From an uncultured virus (IMG/VR IMGVR_UViG_3300050015_000917) (lineage: Duplodnaviria > Heunggongvirae > Uroviricota > Caudoviricetes): a stretch of DNA of 64,000 nucleotides. This document shows, piece after piece, positions 50,960-59,974 of this stretch (its first letter is position 1; each line of letters begins with the position of its first letter). Both the position numbers and the translations under genes were made by a program. The notes under the pieces are model-generated. The model saw only the letters and a list, made by a program, of their open reading frames with translations, was not told where the DNA came from and ran no database searches. The stretch is from positions 1-64,000 of IMG/VR virus record IMGVR_UViG_3300050015_000917; one strand, given 5' to 3'.

Positions 50960-51489
50960 TTTTTGCTAAGACTTTTTACGTAGAAAACGTTGAACAACCT
51001 AAAATACGCTGCCAAGAAAAGGATTTCATCAGTTCTAATAACTGAAGAAGCATCCATTAATTTAAATTTTTTCTTCTGGGGGGTTACTTCAGCTTCTTCC
51101 TGAATTCTTAAATTACTTATATCAACTGCATAAAGTTTAATAGGGGAATCCGAGGTTAGATTACTATAAACAGCACCAAGATACATCCAATCTTTTGCAG
51201 CTTTAACATTGATTTTTGTAGTTTCAAAAAGAACTCTATTAGCAGCAACTAGATCCGTTGAATCATCAGAAGAAACATAATCATTAAGAAGAGTTAAAAC
51301 TTCTTCTTCCTCTATATAATTCCAGTCTTGTACAACTCCGATCTTATCAATTAATCCTTCAGAAGATATTGTAAAAGGAATTACTGCAACTTTATCTTTT
51401 TTATCTTGGAGATAATAATGGCCATCTATTTCAAAGACATCTTCATATTCTCCTTGAACAATAAGTTTCTTTTTAGGTTCTTCTTCCAT
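50956..51489 (-). CDS. NUDIX-fold-like protein, degenerate
   Basis: KVAVIPF..DLVAANRVLFETT..WMYLG..IKLYAVDI; the Nudix-box Glu residues are partly missing. Confidence 0.45.
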   Translation of the reverse strand: MEEEPKKKLIVQGEYEDVFEIDGHYYLQDKKDKVAVIPFTISSEGLIDKIGVVQDWNYIEEEEVLTLLNDYVSSDDSTDLVAANRVLFETTKINVKAAKDWMYLGAVYSNLTSDSPIKLYAVDISNLRIQEEAEVTPQKKKFKLMDASSVIRTDEILFLAAYFRLFNVFYVKSLSKK

Positions 51490-51498
51490 TATAAAAAT

Positions 51499-52272
51499 TT
51501 ATTTTTCTTTCACTATTTGAGATTCCCCTATTACCGGTGCTTCAACTTCATAAGGAAGATCTGAATTTGGATCCTTCCAACTAGGATCATAAGCTTCTAA
51601 AAGAGCTCGTTTTAAACTTTCCTTTAATAGTTTATCATCTAAGCTGTGAATTATATATTCAATAACTTTTGTCCCTCCATCTTCGAAGCTTTCCTTTGCA
51701 ACATTATATAATGATTGCTTAGGGAGAGAGATTTCTAGAGTCATCTCAATATATTGATCAAACTTTTTCGCTTTTTCGCACATTATCCAGACAGGGTCCC
51801 CAGAATTACTTGTCTCTACCTTGCCAGATGCTTGCTGCTGAGTTTTTGTATCGGAGACAGATGAAGCATTAGATTGAGGGGGAATCGTGTTAAACATATT
51901 TATTTGACCAAATTTTGATTTTGTCGGTCTTGGAGGAACAGGAGTAAGTTTTCGTTTTCCCGGTTCAAAGGGTTGAACACAAACTTTATTCTCACCATGA
52001 TTACTTTCATCTTGCCATACCCATTTTTCTTCTTGCCTTCCAACCCATTCTTCCTTTATAGACCAAAGATTAGAAGGACTATCAACTTCAGCCATTAATT
52101 CGCTGGTATAATTAGTACTATTTAGCGGAATAATCAATTGTTCGTTACATCTAGAACCATCTCTAAAACATATAAAAATTATTCCATCTTCTTCTTCAAT
52201 TTTATCAAATATTACTACATCACCATTACGGGGTCCAGCTAAATATTGGAAGTATCTTATATTCTCTGCCAT
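51499..52272 (-). CDS. Hypothetical protein
   Basis: 257-aa ORF in the operon. Confidence 0.7.
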   Translation of the reverse strand: MAENIRYFQYLAGPRNGDVVIFDKIEEEDGIIFICFRDGSRCNEQLIIPLNSTNYTSELMAEVDSPSNLWSIKEEWVGRQEEKWVWQDESNHGENKVCVQPFEPGKRKLTPVPPRPTKSKFGQINMFNTIPPQSNASSVSDTKTQQQASGKVETSNSGDPVWIMCEKAKKFDQYIEMTLEISLPKQSLYNVAKESFEDGGTKVIEYIIHSLDDKLLKESLKRALLEAYDPSWKDPNSDLPYEVEAPVIGESQIVKEK

Positions 52273-52273
52273 T

Positions 52274-52456
52274 TTATTTTAGTTTTAACTTTTTATTGAA
52301 ATCAATTATTTCCCAATCATATTTAGACTCTCCGATTTTTGGATAGGGTTTTTCAAACAATGTTCTAAAAGCAATACAATGTTTTCTCTTACAATCTTGC
52401 TCGTATTTATCTGTTTCATCCCATTTATGACCAAAAATTTTGCAAATTATATTCAT
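52274..52456 (-). CDS. Small Cys/His protein (CxxFGHKW, DUF1660-like)
   Basis: ICKIFGHKW...CKRKHC. Confidence 0.5.
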   Translation of the reverse strand: MNIICKIFGHKWDETDKYEQDCKRKHCIAFRTLFEKPYPKIGESKYDWEIIDFNKKLKLK

Positions 52457-52506
52457 CTTAATTTTTGATTTCTATTTTTTTTATTTTAACTTCTTTCACC
52501 TTTATC

Positions 52507-52836
52507 TTATAAGGAGATATACTTTGAGAAGTCATTTCTGTACTCTTCACTCCATTCGGTGTTCCATCCTTGTTTTGACCAGTCGACATAATCCTCCCGA
52601 AAAGATTCAAGAGCTTCATTAAAATGCATTTCATAATTGCCCGAGCTTAAAAAATTCATCCTCATTACCGGAATAACAAATGTATGCTTTGTTCCTTTAA
52701 CCCTCCAAAAATACGAAGGGATTGTTCCGTGAATCCCCATTCCATATTCTACAAAAAGAGGTTCAACCCATCCCTTGGGATGTACCCCCATTTCTTGGAC
52801 AATAATTAATTTAGAAAAATCATATATGTGAGGCAT
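52507..52836 (-). CDS. Hypothetical protein
   Basis: 109-aa ORF with TAATG overlap. Confidence 0.7.
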   Translation of the reverse strand: MPHIYDFSKLIIVQEMGVHPKGWVEPLFVEYGMGIHGTIPSYFWRVKGTKHTFVIPVMRMNFLSSGNYEMHFNEALESFREDYVDWSKQGWNTEWSEEYRNDFSKYISL

Positions 52837-53201
52837 TACTCTTTATTTTCATCTTTTTCTTCTGCAATATCTACTGCTTTTACTTCTGTAATTTCAGCTT
52901 TTATAACTGTCTCTGTTACAGTTGCATCAGCATCTGCTATACTTTTGCTATTAATATCTCCAGATAATCTTCTTACCCCAAGTAATATTGTTGAAGCTAA
53001 AACCAATTTTAAAATTACTCCAAGATATTCTAGAGTATTCGGAACTTCGCAAAAATATCCTACTGTTCCTGCTATCATTCCAGCACCAGCAATTATTCCA
53101 AGTATTACCCCTATAAATCCAGATCCAGAAGTTTTTCCAGTTGCGTTATTAAATGTTTCTGAAAAAACAAATTTCGATCTGTCATATTTTATTACACTCA
53201 T
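52836..53201 (-). CDS. Small two-TM membrane protein, holin-like
   Basis: GKTSGSGF followed by two hydrophobic helices and a charged C-terminus; preceded by a GATAAATA motif. Confidence 0.45.
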   Translation of the reverse strand: MSVIKYDRSKFVFSETFNNATGKTSGSGFIGVILGIIAGAGMIAGTVGYFCEVPNTLEYLGVILKLVLASTILLGVRRLSGDINSKSIADADATVTETVIKAEITEVKAVDIAEEKDENKE

Positions 53202-53264
53202 AATTATATTAATTTTAGTTGGATTATATTATTTATCCAACTAAAATTAATAGGGCCCTGAAAA

Positions 53265-53474
53265 TTATCTTAAAATGTCAACAATATTTGTGACAACAAT
53301 TGAAGAAATGGTATAGTCTGTAACACTTCCTTCCATATGCTTAGCAATTTTTGCTTCAACATCAGTTGGGCTTATTGCTTCAACAATATAGGATTCGGAT
53401 CTTTTTTTAAGTCTTCCTTTTGCATCTTCAAAATCCTCTTTGATTTGGGCTTTGTAATAATTTTTTTCATCCAT
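53265..53474 (-). CDS. DUF4494-like small protein
   Basis: GRLKKRSESYIVEAISPTDVEAKI resembles the DUF4494 pattern (KKxxExYLVxAxSxTEAE). Confidence 0.55.
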   Translation of the reverse strand: MDEKNYYKAQIKEDFEDAKGRLKKRSESYIVEAISPTDVEAKIAKHMEGSVTDYTISSIVVTNIVDILR

Positions 53475-53507
53475 GTTTTTAAATATTTAAAGTTAATAAA
53501 TTTTAAC

Positions 53508-53525
53508 AAAAAGGGCCGAAGCCCT
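53508..53525 (-). terminator. cUUCGg-tetraloop intrinsic terminator
   Basis: Minus strand reads AGGGC-TTCG-GCCCT followed by TTTT. Confidence 0.8.
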
Positions 53526-53715
53526 ACCCTGTTTCAGCAACTGTTGACACGTTAGCGCTTTAGGATTTTTAAGCGTCTTTACCATAAGCATACCATCGGA
53601 GATTTATATTACGGTTTACTCTTTACTCTTTGCTTATCCGGCGGTATCCTTCTCATCCTTAGTCCGCATACCTACTAATGAAAATTAAGCCTTCGATTCT
53701 GAAACTTACAGACTA
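53526..53715 (-). ncRNA. Putative structured non-coding RNA (~190 nt), family unassigned
   Basis: Relatively GC-rich intergenic gap with closing stem GTTTCAG/CTGAAAC and internal stems GCGG/CCGC, ATAAGCA/TGCTTAT and CGCTT/AAGCG; ends at a terminator. Confidence 0.55.
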
Positions 53716-53720
53716 GATTA

Positions 53721-54014
53721 TTAAAGTGATTTTGCCCGTATTTCTTCGGGTAAAATATTCTGTGCATCGAAAATACTAGGAACTTTTCCACAGTTTGTAC
53801 AAACAAAAACCGGCATAGGAATTGTTTCTTCTTTTCCACTTGGAGAAATTAGGGCAGAAAGAATTTTAAAGAAAATCTTTTCTTGAAAAAGCATTCCTCC
53901 GCATTCACATGTTATTGATTTAGAGTTTCTAATCATATCAGAAGTTACCTTCATCTGAATTCTGTCTTGTGCTGCTCCATCAAGTTGTGCAGCTCTTTGA
54001 TCTCTTATGTTCAT
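53721..54014 (-). CDS. Zinc-ribbon protein
   Basis: CECGG...CTNCG. Confidence 0.7.
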   Translation of the reverse strand: MNIRDQRAAQLDGAAQDRIQMKVTSDMIRNSKSITCECGGMLFQEKIFFKILSALISPSGKEETIPMPVFVCTNCGKVPSIFDAQNILPEEIRAKSL

Positions 54015-54024
54015 ATTATTTAGT

Positions 54025-54402
54025 TTAATTTACAATTTTTTTATCTCTATCTTTATCTTTATATACTGAAACAATTGTTCCTAGAGGACCGGAAATTTCC
54101 AAATAAGAAACGTAATACTTATTTGGATCCATTTCAAAAATTTGAAAAGCTTCGGGAGATTGAATTTTAATATAACGTCCTCTTGTAATATACATATTCC
54201 ATCTTACCCCTAAGATTTCTTCTCTTGTAACCCTATGAGCTTCTTTAAGAAAATATGTTTTTAATCTTTCTTCAAAAATATTACTCTTGACAAGAAGAGG
54301 ACCAACTTCTCCAGTATCTATTGTAAATATGTAAAATTCAGAAAGTTTGCGAATATCTGTTATCTTAACTTCCTTATTTGTCCAATCCTTTATTATGTCC
54401 AT
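54025..54402 (-). CDS. Hypothetical protein
   Basis: 125-aa ORF with an upstream promoter-like motif. Confidence 0.7.
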   Translation of the reverse strand: MDIIKDWTNKEVKITDIRKLSEFYIFTIDTGEVGPLLVKSNIFEERLKTYFLKEAHRVTREEILGVRWNMYITRGRYIKIQSPEAFQIFEMDPNKYYVSYLEISGPLGTIVSVYKDKDRDKKIVN

Positions 54403-54444
54403 GATCCTAATTTTTATATTATATGTAAAATTTTTAACGAAGTT

Positions 54445-54999
54445 TTAAATCTGAGATGGTTCTTTTTCGAAAAAGTATTCGGATTTTAAAAATATTTGAG
54501 GGGGCTGTATTCCCAAAGATATTACTCCAATTGATTGAACTACTAAATAAAAAGTAATATACCAATCAGAAGAAATCATTGCATTAAAATCATCTGCAGC
54601 TTTTTTAACTAGAGAATCTTCAAGATAAATTATAGGTGAAGAATTATATTTCAACTTAAATATATCGTCTTGTGTTACTGGCAAAATGAATTCATGAGCT
54701 ACGATTTTGAAATAATCCGGATCATCTTTCTTGATAAATCTTACTTTTGATAAATCACTGATATTTTTTAAAATATTGATAGCTATAGGCAAAGTAGATG
54801 TTTCAACTTTACCCAAATCAATTTCTTGAACGCTATTAATTCTTAAAGGATCCCCTTTTATTGGAAGAGCTAGGGTATCTAATGTAGCATGATGGTGAGC
54901 ATATTGGCTTACCTTATCAATATACATCCGGCGAATTCCTAGTTGTTCTAGCATAGGACCCCATTTTGTGGTTATTTCAGCTTGAGTTAATTCTTTCAT
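54445..54999 (-). CDS. Hypothetical protein; N-terminus resembles T4-like capsid protein N-termini
   Basis: EITTKWGPMLE...TLPIAINI. Confidence 0.45.
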   Translation of the reverse strand: MKELTQAEITTKWGPMLEQLGIRRMYIDKVSQYAHHHATLDTLALPIKGDPLRINSVQEIDLGKVETSTLPIAINILKNISDLSKVRFIKKDDPDYFKIVAHEFILPVTQDDIFKLKYNSSPIIYLEDSLVKKAADDFNAMISSDWYITFYLVVQSIGVISLGIQPPQIFLKSEYFFEKEPSQI

Positions 55000-55002
55000 T
55001 TT

Positions 55003-55446
55003 TTAAAGTTTAAAATCCTCAATTCTTTTATATTCTAATTTAGTTAATTGTTCAAAGGAAAGACCAGGATCTCCAGAAGGTAAAGTAACAGGGAAATTTA
55101 TTTCTAGTAATCTCAAGTATATAGGTTCAAAAATAAGACATTCCTGTAATGAAGAATTCCAAATAAAAAAATAATCTCCTTGAAATTTTTGAATAGATTT
55201 TAAAGATATGTAATTTTTTTTCACATCAATTAAAATCCGATCATCAAGAATAAGATCTCCTAAAATTAAATCTACAGTTGCTAGAATGTTGCCATGCCAT
55301 TTAGCAACTATCCAAAGAACAGGAGAGATAACATTTTCACATTTATATCCTTTTTCTTCAAAATACTTTTTTGTATGATCAGTAGCTTCCATTCCTCTTT
55401 GCAACCGATCTTCAAAAGACATAATAGAATTTTTATTTGCTTCCAT
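55003..55446 (-). CDS. PD-(D/E)XK nuclease-like protein
   Basis: GDLILDDRILIDVKKN catalytic-type motif. Confidence 0.5.
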   Translation of the reverse strand: MEANKNSIMSFEDRLQRGMEATDHTKKYFEEKGYKCENVISPVLWIVAKWHGNILATVDLILGDLILDDRILIDVKKNYISLKSIQKFQGDYFFIWNSSLQECLIFEPIYLRLLEINFPVTLPSGDPGLSFEQLTKLEYKRIEDFKL

Positions 55447-56791
55447 TTATTTTTTTCCAATTAATATAATTTTCGATTAATTCTCTTCTATATTTTGTTT
55501 CATTTTCTCGTATCTGACTGATTTTTAAAGGATTTTTCTTTCTTTCAATTATTTCATCCGGAATTAATCCTTTGAATTCATCTTTAAGAATCTTTTTATG
55601 AGTTCTTTCCGAATAGGGCAATTGTAAAGCTGCTCTTACAACATCGTGTCCTAAAAATGGATTCCTGCATTCAATTGTAAAATTCATACTCATACGATCG
55701 ATTCTAATCATATGATAGAAAGGAAGTTCTTGGAATACATCACTCTTTTGAGAATCATATTCACTTATTCTTCTATATCCCCCAAAGAGCTCATCTGCTC
55801 CATCGCCAGTTAAAACAATTTTATCTTTAATGTCTTTGAAAAGATAATATTGAGGAATTACTGATCCAAGGTCGATCATCGAATCATTTATATCATAAAT
55901 TCTCATTTTTTCAACTAATGAAAGTTCTTCGGGTTTAACATCAAGATAATTTATATCTAACCCCCATTTATTCTGGATTGATTGAACAAACACTCCGTCT
56001 TCAGCATTATTGATAGAATAGATATTGACATCTGCTCCAAATTTCTTTAAGAAATAAAGAATAATCATACTATCTAATCCTGCTGAAAATAATGTAGATA
56101 CTTTATATTTTTTAGTAAGTAATCTTCTTTGAACAGATTTTTCAATAAGATCATGAATGGAATCAAGAGGTACATTGCTATTCCAATCAAAATAATTTTC
56201 GATAATTCGAGGTGCTATATTTCTTCCTTTTTCCCAAATATAAATGCTGTTAGGCATTATTCTCTGAACATCTTCATAAAGAGTTCTATTATCTGTATTG
56301 TATCCCCATTTATTGACGATGCTTATGAAAATGGGATCAATGATTTTGGAATTGCTTAATCCCTTAACTTCGCTGGATACTTCTCCAGTTATCTTATTAA
56401 TATAAAGCTGTTTTTTACCAAGAGGATCTGTAAAGATAATAACTTTATTTTTTCTAACGATAACGATACTCCAGAATCCATCCCATTTGTTTATTTCTTT
56501 GAGCTTCTTTTCTATTGGTTCGTCATTATCGAAAAAATCTTGAAGATATTGGGAATCATTTTCCCATTCCTCTCCAGTGATTTCATTACAGTTAAAAATC
56601 TCCCCATTAAAAAGAAGAAATCCATCATGCAAATTAATTGGTTGAAACCATTTATCTTCTTTGAGAGTTTGAATAGGAAGTCTATGATGACCATAAACCC
56701 ATCCATCTTTTTCTATAGATGTAAATTGTATTCCTCGATGCTTTATCGAATCAATTTTGTTTCTGTCCGGACTTATAATAATCCCACACAT
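55433..56791 (-). CDS. asnB: Asparagine synthetase B-like glutamine amidotransferase
   Basis: Start reassigned to the ATG at 56791 giving MCGII (Ntn Cys). HRLPI, QP, FNGEIFN, DPLGKKQLY, SAGLDS, VLTGDGADELFGGY, RIDRMSM and ECRNPFL. Confidence 0.9.
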   Translation of the reverse strand: MCGIIISPDRNKIDSIKHRGIQFTSIEKDGWVYGHHRLPIQTLKEDKWFQPINLHDGFLLFNGEIFNCNEITGEEWENDSQYLQDFFDNDEPIEKKLKEINKWDGFWSIVIVRKNKVIIFTDPLGKKQLYINKITGEVSSEVKGLSNSKIIDPIFISIVNKWGYNTDNRTLYEDVQRIMPNSIYIWEKGRNIAPRIIENYFDWNSNVPLDSIHDLIEKSVQRRLLTKKYKVSTLFSAGLDSMIILYFLKKFGADVNIYSINNAEDGVFVQSIQNKWGLDINYLDVKPEELSLVEKMRIYDINDSMIDLGSVIPQYYLFKDIKDKIVLTGDGADELFGGYRRISEYDSQKSDVFQELPFYHMIRIDRMSMNFTIECRNPFLGHDVVRAALQLPYSERTHKKILKDEFKGLIPDEIIERKKNPLKISQIRENETKYRRELIENYINWKKINGSK

Positions 56792-56792
56792 A

Positions 56793-57125
56793 TTATAAAA
56801 GTTGTTTATATATTTCTTTTTCCGTAAAAAACTCAAATTCCGAATCTACATTTCTTGTGTCAATTCTCGTATATTGTTCTGTATATTTTAAAAACGATAA
56901 GAAAGCAGAAATATTACTATCTTTTATCTTATAATCATCTTCTTTATAAGTTTCGGTATTCCAAATACACATTGTATTTTCTGTTCCTCTGAAGAAATTA
57001 GTCCATAACATTTTATCCATCTCAAATAAAAATAAATGGAATGCAACAGGTTTAGCCCAAATTCCTTGTTTGAGTTCCCTGTATCCCATTTTCAGAAGAG
57101 ATTGTTCAATCCTTTCTTTTTCCAT
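56793..57125 (-). CDS. Hypothetical protein
   Basis: 110-aa ORF in the operon. Confidence 0.65.
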   Translation of the reverse strand: MEKERIEQSLLKMGYRELKQGIWAKPVAFHLFLFEMDKMLWTNFFRGTENTMCIWNTETYKEDDYKIKDSNISAFLSFLKYTEQYTRIDTRNVDSEFEFFTEKEIYKQLL

Positions 57126-57136
57126 TTTGATTTATT

Positions 57137-58264
57137 TTAATAATTCCACTTTTTGGTTTTTTTTAAAAATTCCATAAAATCCTTTATGGCTTCATTATAA
57201 CCCTCCCTTAATCCTGCTTGATATCCAAGATCATGTAATTCGGCAATCGGAACTGATTTTTTTATAGGATTAATTTTTTTATCTAAAGGATTAATTTCTC
57301 TTATAACCTTGGGATATTCAACAGGATATCCAGGATCTAAAAAATTTCCTCTCTTTCTTAAAACGATTCCTGCTTGATAAAGAGGAATCTGAATCCCGGG
57401 AAATCTCTTAAGATAAGTATTAATGAACATAGTTGTGGGAATATGCTTATGAAGAAAGAATCCATATGGAACCATATCCGGATTATTTTCTATAACAATA
57501 TCTATAATTTCTTTATGTAAAAGATAGGGTTCTTTATTCTGAACAAGATCTTTTATAATGATAACAAAATATCCACCAGGTTTAAGAAATCTAATGGCTT
57601 TTGTATACATAGTTTTCACAAGATCATGATAGGCATTTCCCTTGGTCAAGCCTATATTATCTTCATGCATGTAATCAAAACTCTTATCTACTTTTGTGGC
57701 AAGATTTTTTCTTTCTGGTGCATCAGAGCTTTTACCTGAAATTTTCGGATAAGGAGTTCCATTAATGATAAGATCTAAGAAAGGTTCTTTGAATCCCCAT
57801 TCCTTGAAATATTCATCAAGTTTCGTAGCATCTCCTTGACGAAAATAAGAGGTTACCCCAGGTGGAACACGATTTAAATTCCATTGATTATCAATATTCT
57901 TTTGAGCAACCTCAGGATATTCAAGTTCTATTCCAATTCCATTTCTTCCATTAAGAATAGCTTCAATAATAGCTGTTCCAGTCCCTACGGTTGGATCAAA
58001 AACAAATCCCCCTTTTGGGCAAAGATTCTGAACAGCCCATTTATATCCAATAATATGACCAGCATCTAAATGATCCCCAGCTTGATCAATATAATATCCT
58101 CTACGAATACGGTTGCTATAATATTTGTCATTTTCAACATTATAAATCTCTCCCATAAAATTTTGGCAATATGGACAAGTACAATGATAATCGCTTGGAA
58201 TATTAGGTCTTGATTGAACTATATGATCAATCGGAATTAAATTTAAATGTTTTGGTTCAGCCAT
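57137..58264 (-). CDS. SAM-dependent DNA amino-methyltransferase-like protein
   Basis: VFDPTVGTGT (motif I), GIGIELE, GDAT, DLIINGTPY (motif IV variant) and LKPGGYF. Confidence 0.75.
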   Translation of the reverse strand: MAEPKHLNLIPIDHIVQSRPNIPSDYHCTCPYCQNFMGEIYNVENDKYYSNRIRRGYYIDQAGDHLDAGHIIGYKWAVQNLCPKGGFVFDPTVGTGTAIIEAILNGRNGIGIELEYPEVAQKNIDNQWNLNRVPPGVTSYFRQGDATKLDEYFKEWGFKEPFLDLIINGTPYPKISGKSSDAPERKNLATKVDKSFDYMHEDNIGLTKGNAYHDLVKTMYTKAIRFLKPGGYFVIIIKDLVQNKEPYLLHKEIIDIVIENNPDMVPYGFFLHKHIPTTMFINTYLKRFPGIQIPLYQAGIVLRKRGNFLDPGYPVEYPKVIREINPLDKKINPIKKSVPIAELHDLGYQAGLREGYNEAIKDFMEFLKKTKKWNY

Positions 58265-58274
58265 TATTTAGTTA

Positions 58275-58958
58275 TTAATTGTACATAAATCCTGTTATAG
58301 ACGTACCATATAAAGGTTGTAAATTCATCATATTATAAACCTCTATATAATCAACCATTGTCCAGGTTTCTCTTTTTCCATCAAATTTGAAATCTTTCTG
58401 ATCATGTATTCCCGAAAGAGGAACTGAACTACCAGTATAAATAAGACGAATTTTTTGCTCGGGATTTTTCCAAACTTCTACAGTTCCGTTTTTCATAATT
58501 TTTAAGTCAAATCCTGGACCTGTTCCTTTTACAACATTGATTTTAGCTAAAGAAGTAATACTAGAATACCCTATTTTATTAGAATTATATGCTGTATCAC
58601 GAGCTTCTACTGGTCTTCGACTTGCAGGTTGTTTTTCAATAGGAATTCTGCTAAATGCGACTTCAATAGCTTCTTCATCATCTCCTACAGAATTCATTGA
58701 TGCCATTATTCGAATATTTCGAATATCATTTTCCCCACTTAAATCGCAAGCTCTTGTAAAAAATACTCCTGCAATAGGAGAATAAAGACTCTTATAAACT
58801 TCTATGGATGCATATCCTCGAGCTAAAGCTTTACCTGGTTCTTCTATTTCGCCGGCCATTCGAACAGCTAATTTAAAAGCTTCATAAAGATCCCCATCGG
58901 ATTTTTTCTGAATATCCAGGATTCTCATTAAATCCTTTGTTCCGTATTGTGCTGTCAT
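58275..58958 (-). CDS. Hypothetical protein, paralogue of 34905..35723 lacking the leader
   Basis: End-to-end similarity to 34905..35723 by eye. Confidence 0.75.
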   Translation of the reverse strand: MTAQYGTKDLMRILDIQKKSDGDLYEAFKLAVRMAGEIEEPGKALARGYASIEVYKSLYSPIAGVFFTRACDLSGENDIRNIRIMASMNSVGDDEEAIEVAFSRIPIEKQPASRRPVEARDTAYNSNKIGYSSITSLAKINVVKGTGPGFDLKIMKNGTVEVWKNPEQKIRLIYTGSSVPLSGIHDQKDFKFDGKRETWTMVDYIEVYNMMNLQPLYGTSITGFMYN

Positions 58959-59212
58959 TTTGGCAAAATTTTCTTTATATTTAATTTTATGTTATCTGTT
59001 ATTAGGGTTGTATTAAAAGTATCCAAAAGATTAATTATTGCTGTTTCTTTTGTTTCTCCCTGGCTAATAATTCCATAATCTGGTTTAAAAAAAGCAGTAT
59101 ATCCACCGAGAGTTATATCTTCTACCAAAATAATTTTCCCAAGTTTTACCTCAAAGGCCTTTTGCTCTCGAGTTTCCCCTTTTTCAAAATTTTCATATTT
59201 AACTCTACTCAT
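58955..59212 (-). CDS. HicB-like antitoxin-fold protein
   Basis: VEDITLGGYTAF..GIISQGETKETAIINL matches the HicB N-terminal pattern. Confidence 0.55.
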   Translation of the reverse strand: MSRVKYENFEKGETREQKAFEVKLGKIILVEDITLGGYTAFFKPDYGIISQGETKETAIINLLDTFNTTLITDNIKLNIKKILPK

Positions 59213-59213
59213 A

Positions 59214-59972
59214 TTAAAAAGTATCGAATTTTTGTATATCTGAGTCTAACATTAGTTTTTCACCATCCCAGCAATGGAGACTTCCAAGCCAGCAAAAGAA
59301 TTCCCCCATTTTAAGCTCTTTATCAACCTGATCCCTAACATATTGGCCAAGTCTAATACTCATATACATATCATTTTTAAAATGACGACGAATATCGCAA
59401 CTTCGAATAAGATAAGTCATATTCAATTTTCCTCGTCGTATTAAAAAATGATAACCAATTGTACAGGGTAGGCGAACCCCATTTTCTGCAGAATCTTGAG
59501 GATGCCAAATAGCATAAAAAGCCTGTCTCCCCCCTGGATCATTTTTTAATCTTGTAATTAAATCATTAAAATCCCCAAAGTTATATCCCATTTTGCCAGT
59601 TCCTTTGAGAGTTTTATCTGGCCAAAATCTTTCTTGATAAGTATGAGAGAAAAAGTGTTCCCCTTCAGCTCGGAAAACCCCATCATGTTTTTCTGGAGTA
59701 TAATAAGGCCAATTTAGATATTCAACTCCAGGATTTGTTGGTTCCCCAGCAATCCTTTCTTGAAAATGATCTTCAGACCAAGGATAATCGCATTTTGTTT
59801 CTCTTTTGAGTTCATCCTGGCTTTCTGGCATTTTAGTAATTTTGAAATTATAATTAATGATTTCAAAAAGAGCGTCAGGAGGAGTGGTAGCTTGCCATTT
59901 TTCTGAAGTTACAATTTCTCCTTTGCTTTTTAAGGTCTCGAAAGCTTTTCTTAATTCATCACGTGTATTCAT
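59214..59972 (-). CDS. Thymidylate-synthase-family enzyme, dCMP hydroxymethylase/methylase-like
   Basis: TYQERF, LKNDPGGRQA, RLPCT (catalytic Cys), IRSCDIRRHFKND and GSLH. Confidence 0.8.
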   Translation of the reverse strand: MNTRDELRKAFETLKSKGEIVTSEKWQATTPPDALFEIINYNFKITKMPESQDELKRETKCDYPWSEDHFQERIAGEPTNPGVEYLNWPYYTPEKHDGVFRAEGEHFFSHTYQERFWPDKTLKGTGKMGYNFGDFNDLITRLKNDPGGRQAFYAIWHPQDSAENGVRLPCTIGYHFLIRRGKLNMTYLIRSCDIRRHFKNDMYMSIRLGQYVRDQVDKELKMGEFFCWLGSLHCWDGEKLMLDSDIQKFDTF

Positions 59973-59974
59973 TC

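Noticed and set aside
53526..53715. tRNA, tmRNA or RNase P identity for the structured region
   Set aside because: No T-loop GTTCRA with CCA end, no tmRNA-like termini and no RNase P GAGGAAAGTCC motif were seen.
56792..56836. Track start for the AsnB-like gene at 56836
   Set aside because: Ntn amidotransferases need Cys at position 2; the ATG at 56791 gives MCGII and removes the overlap with the upstream gene.
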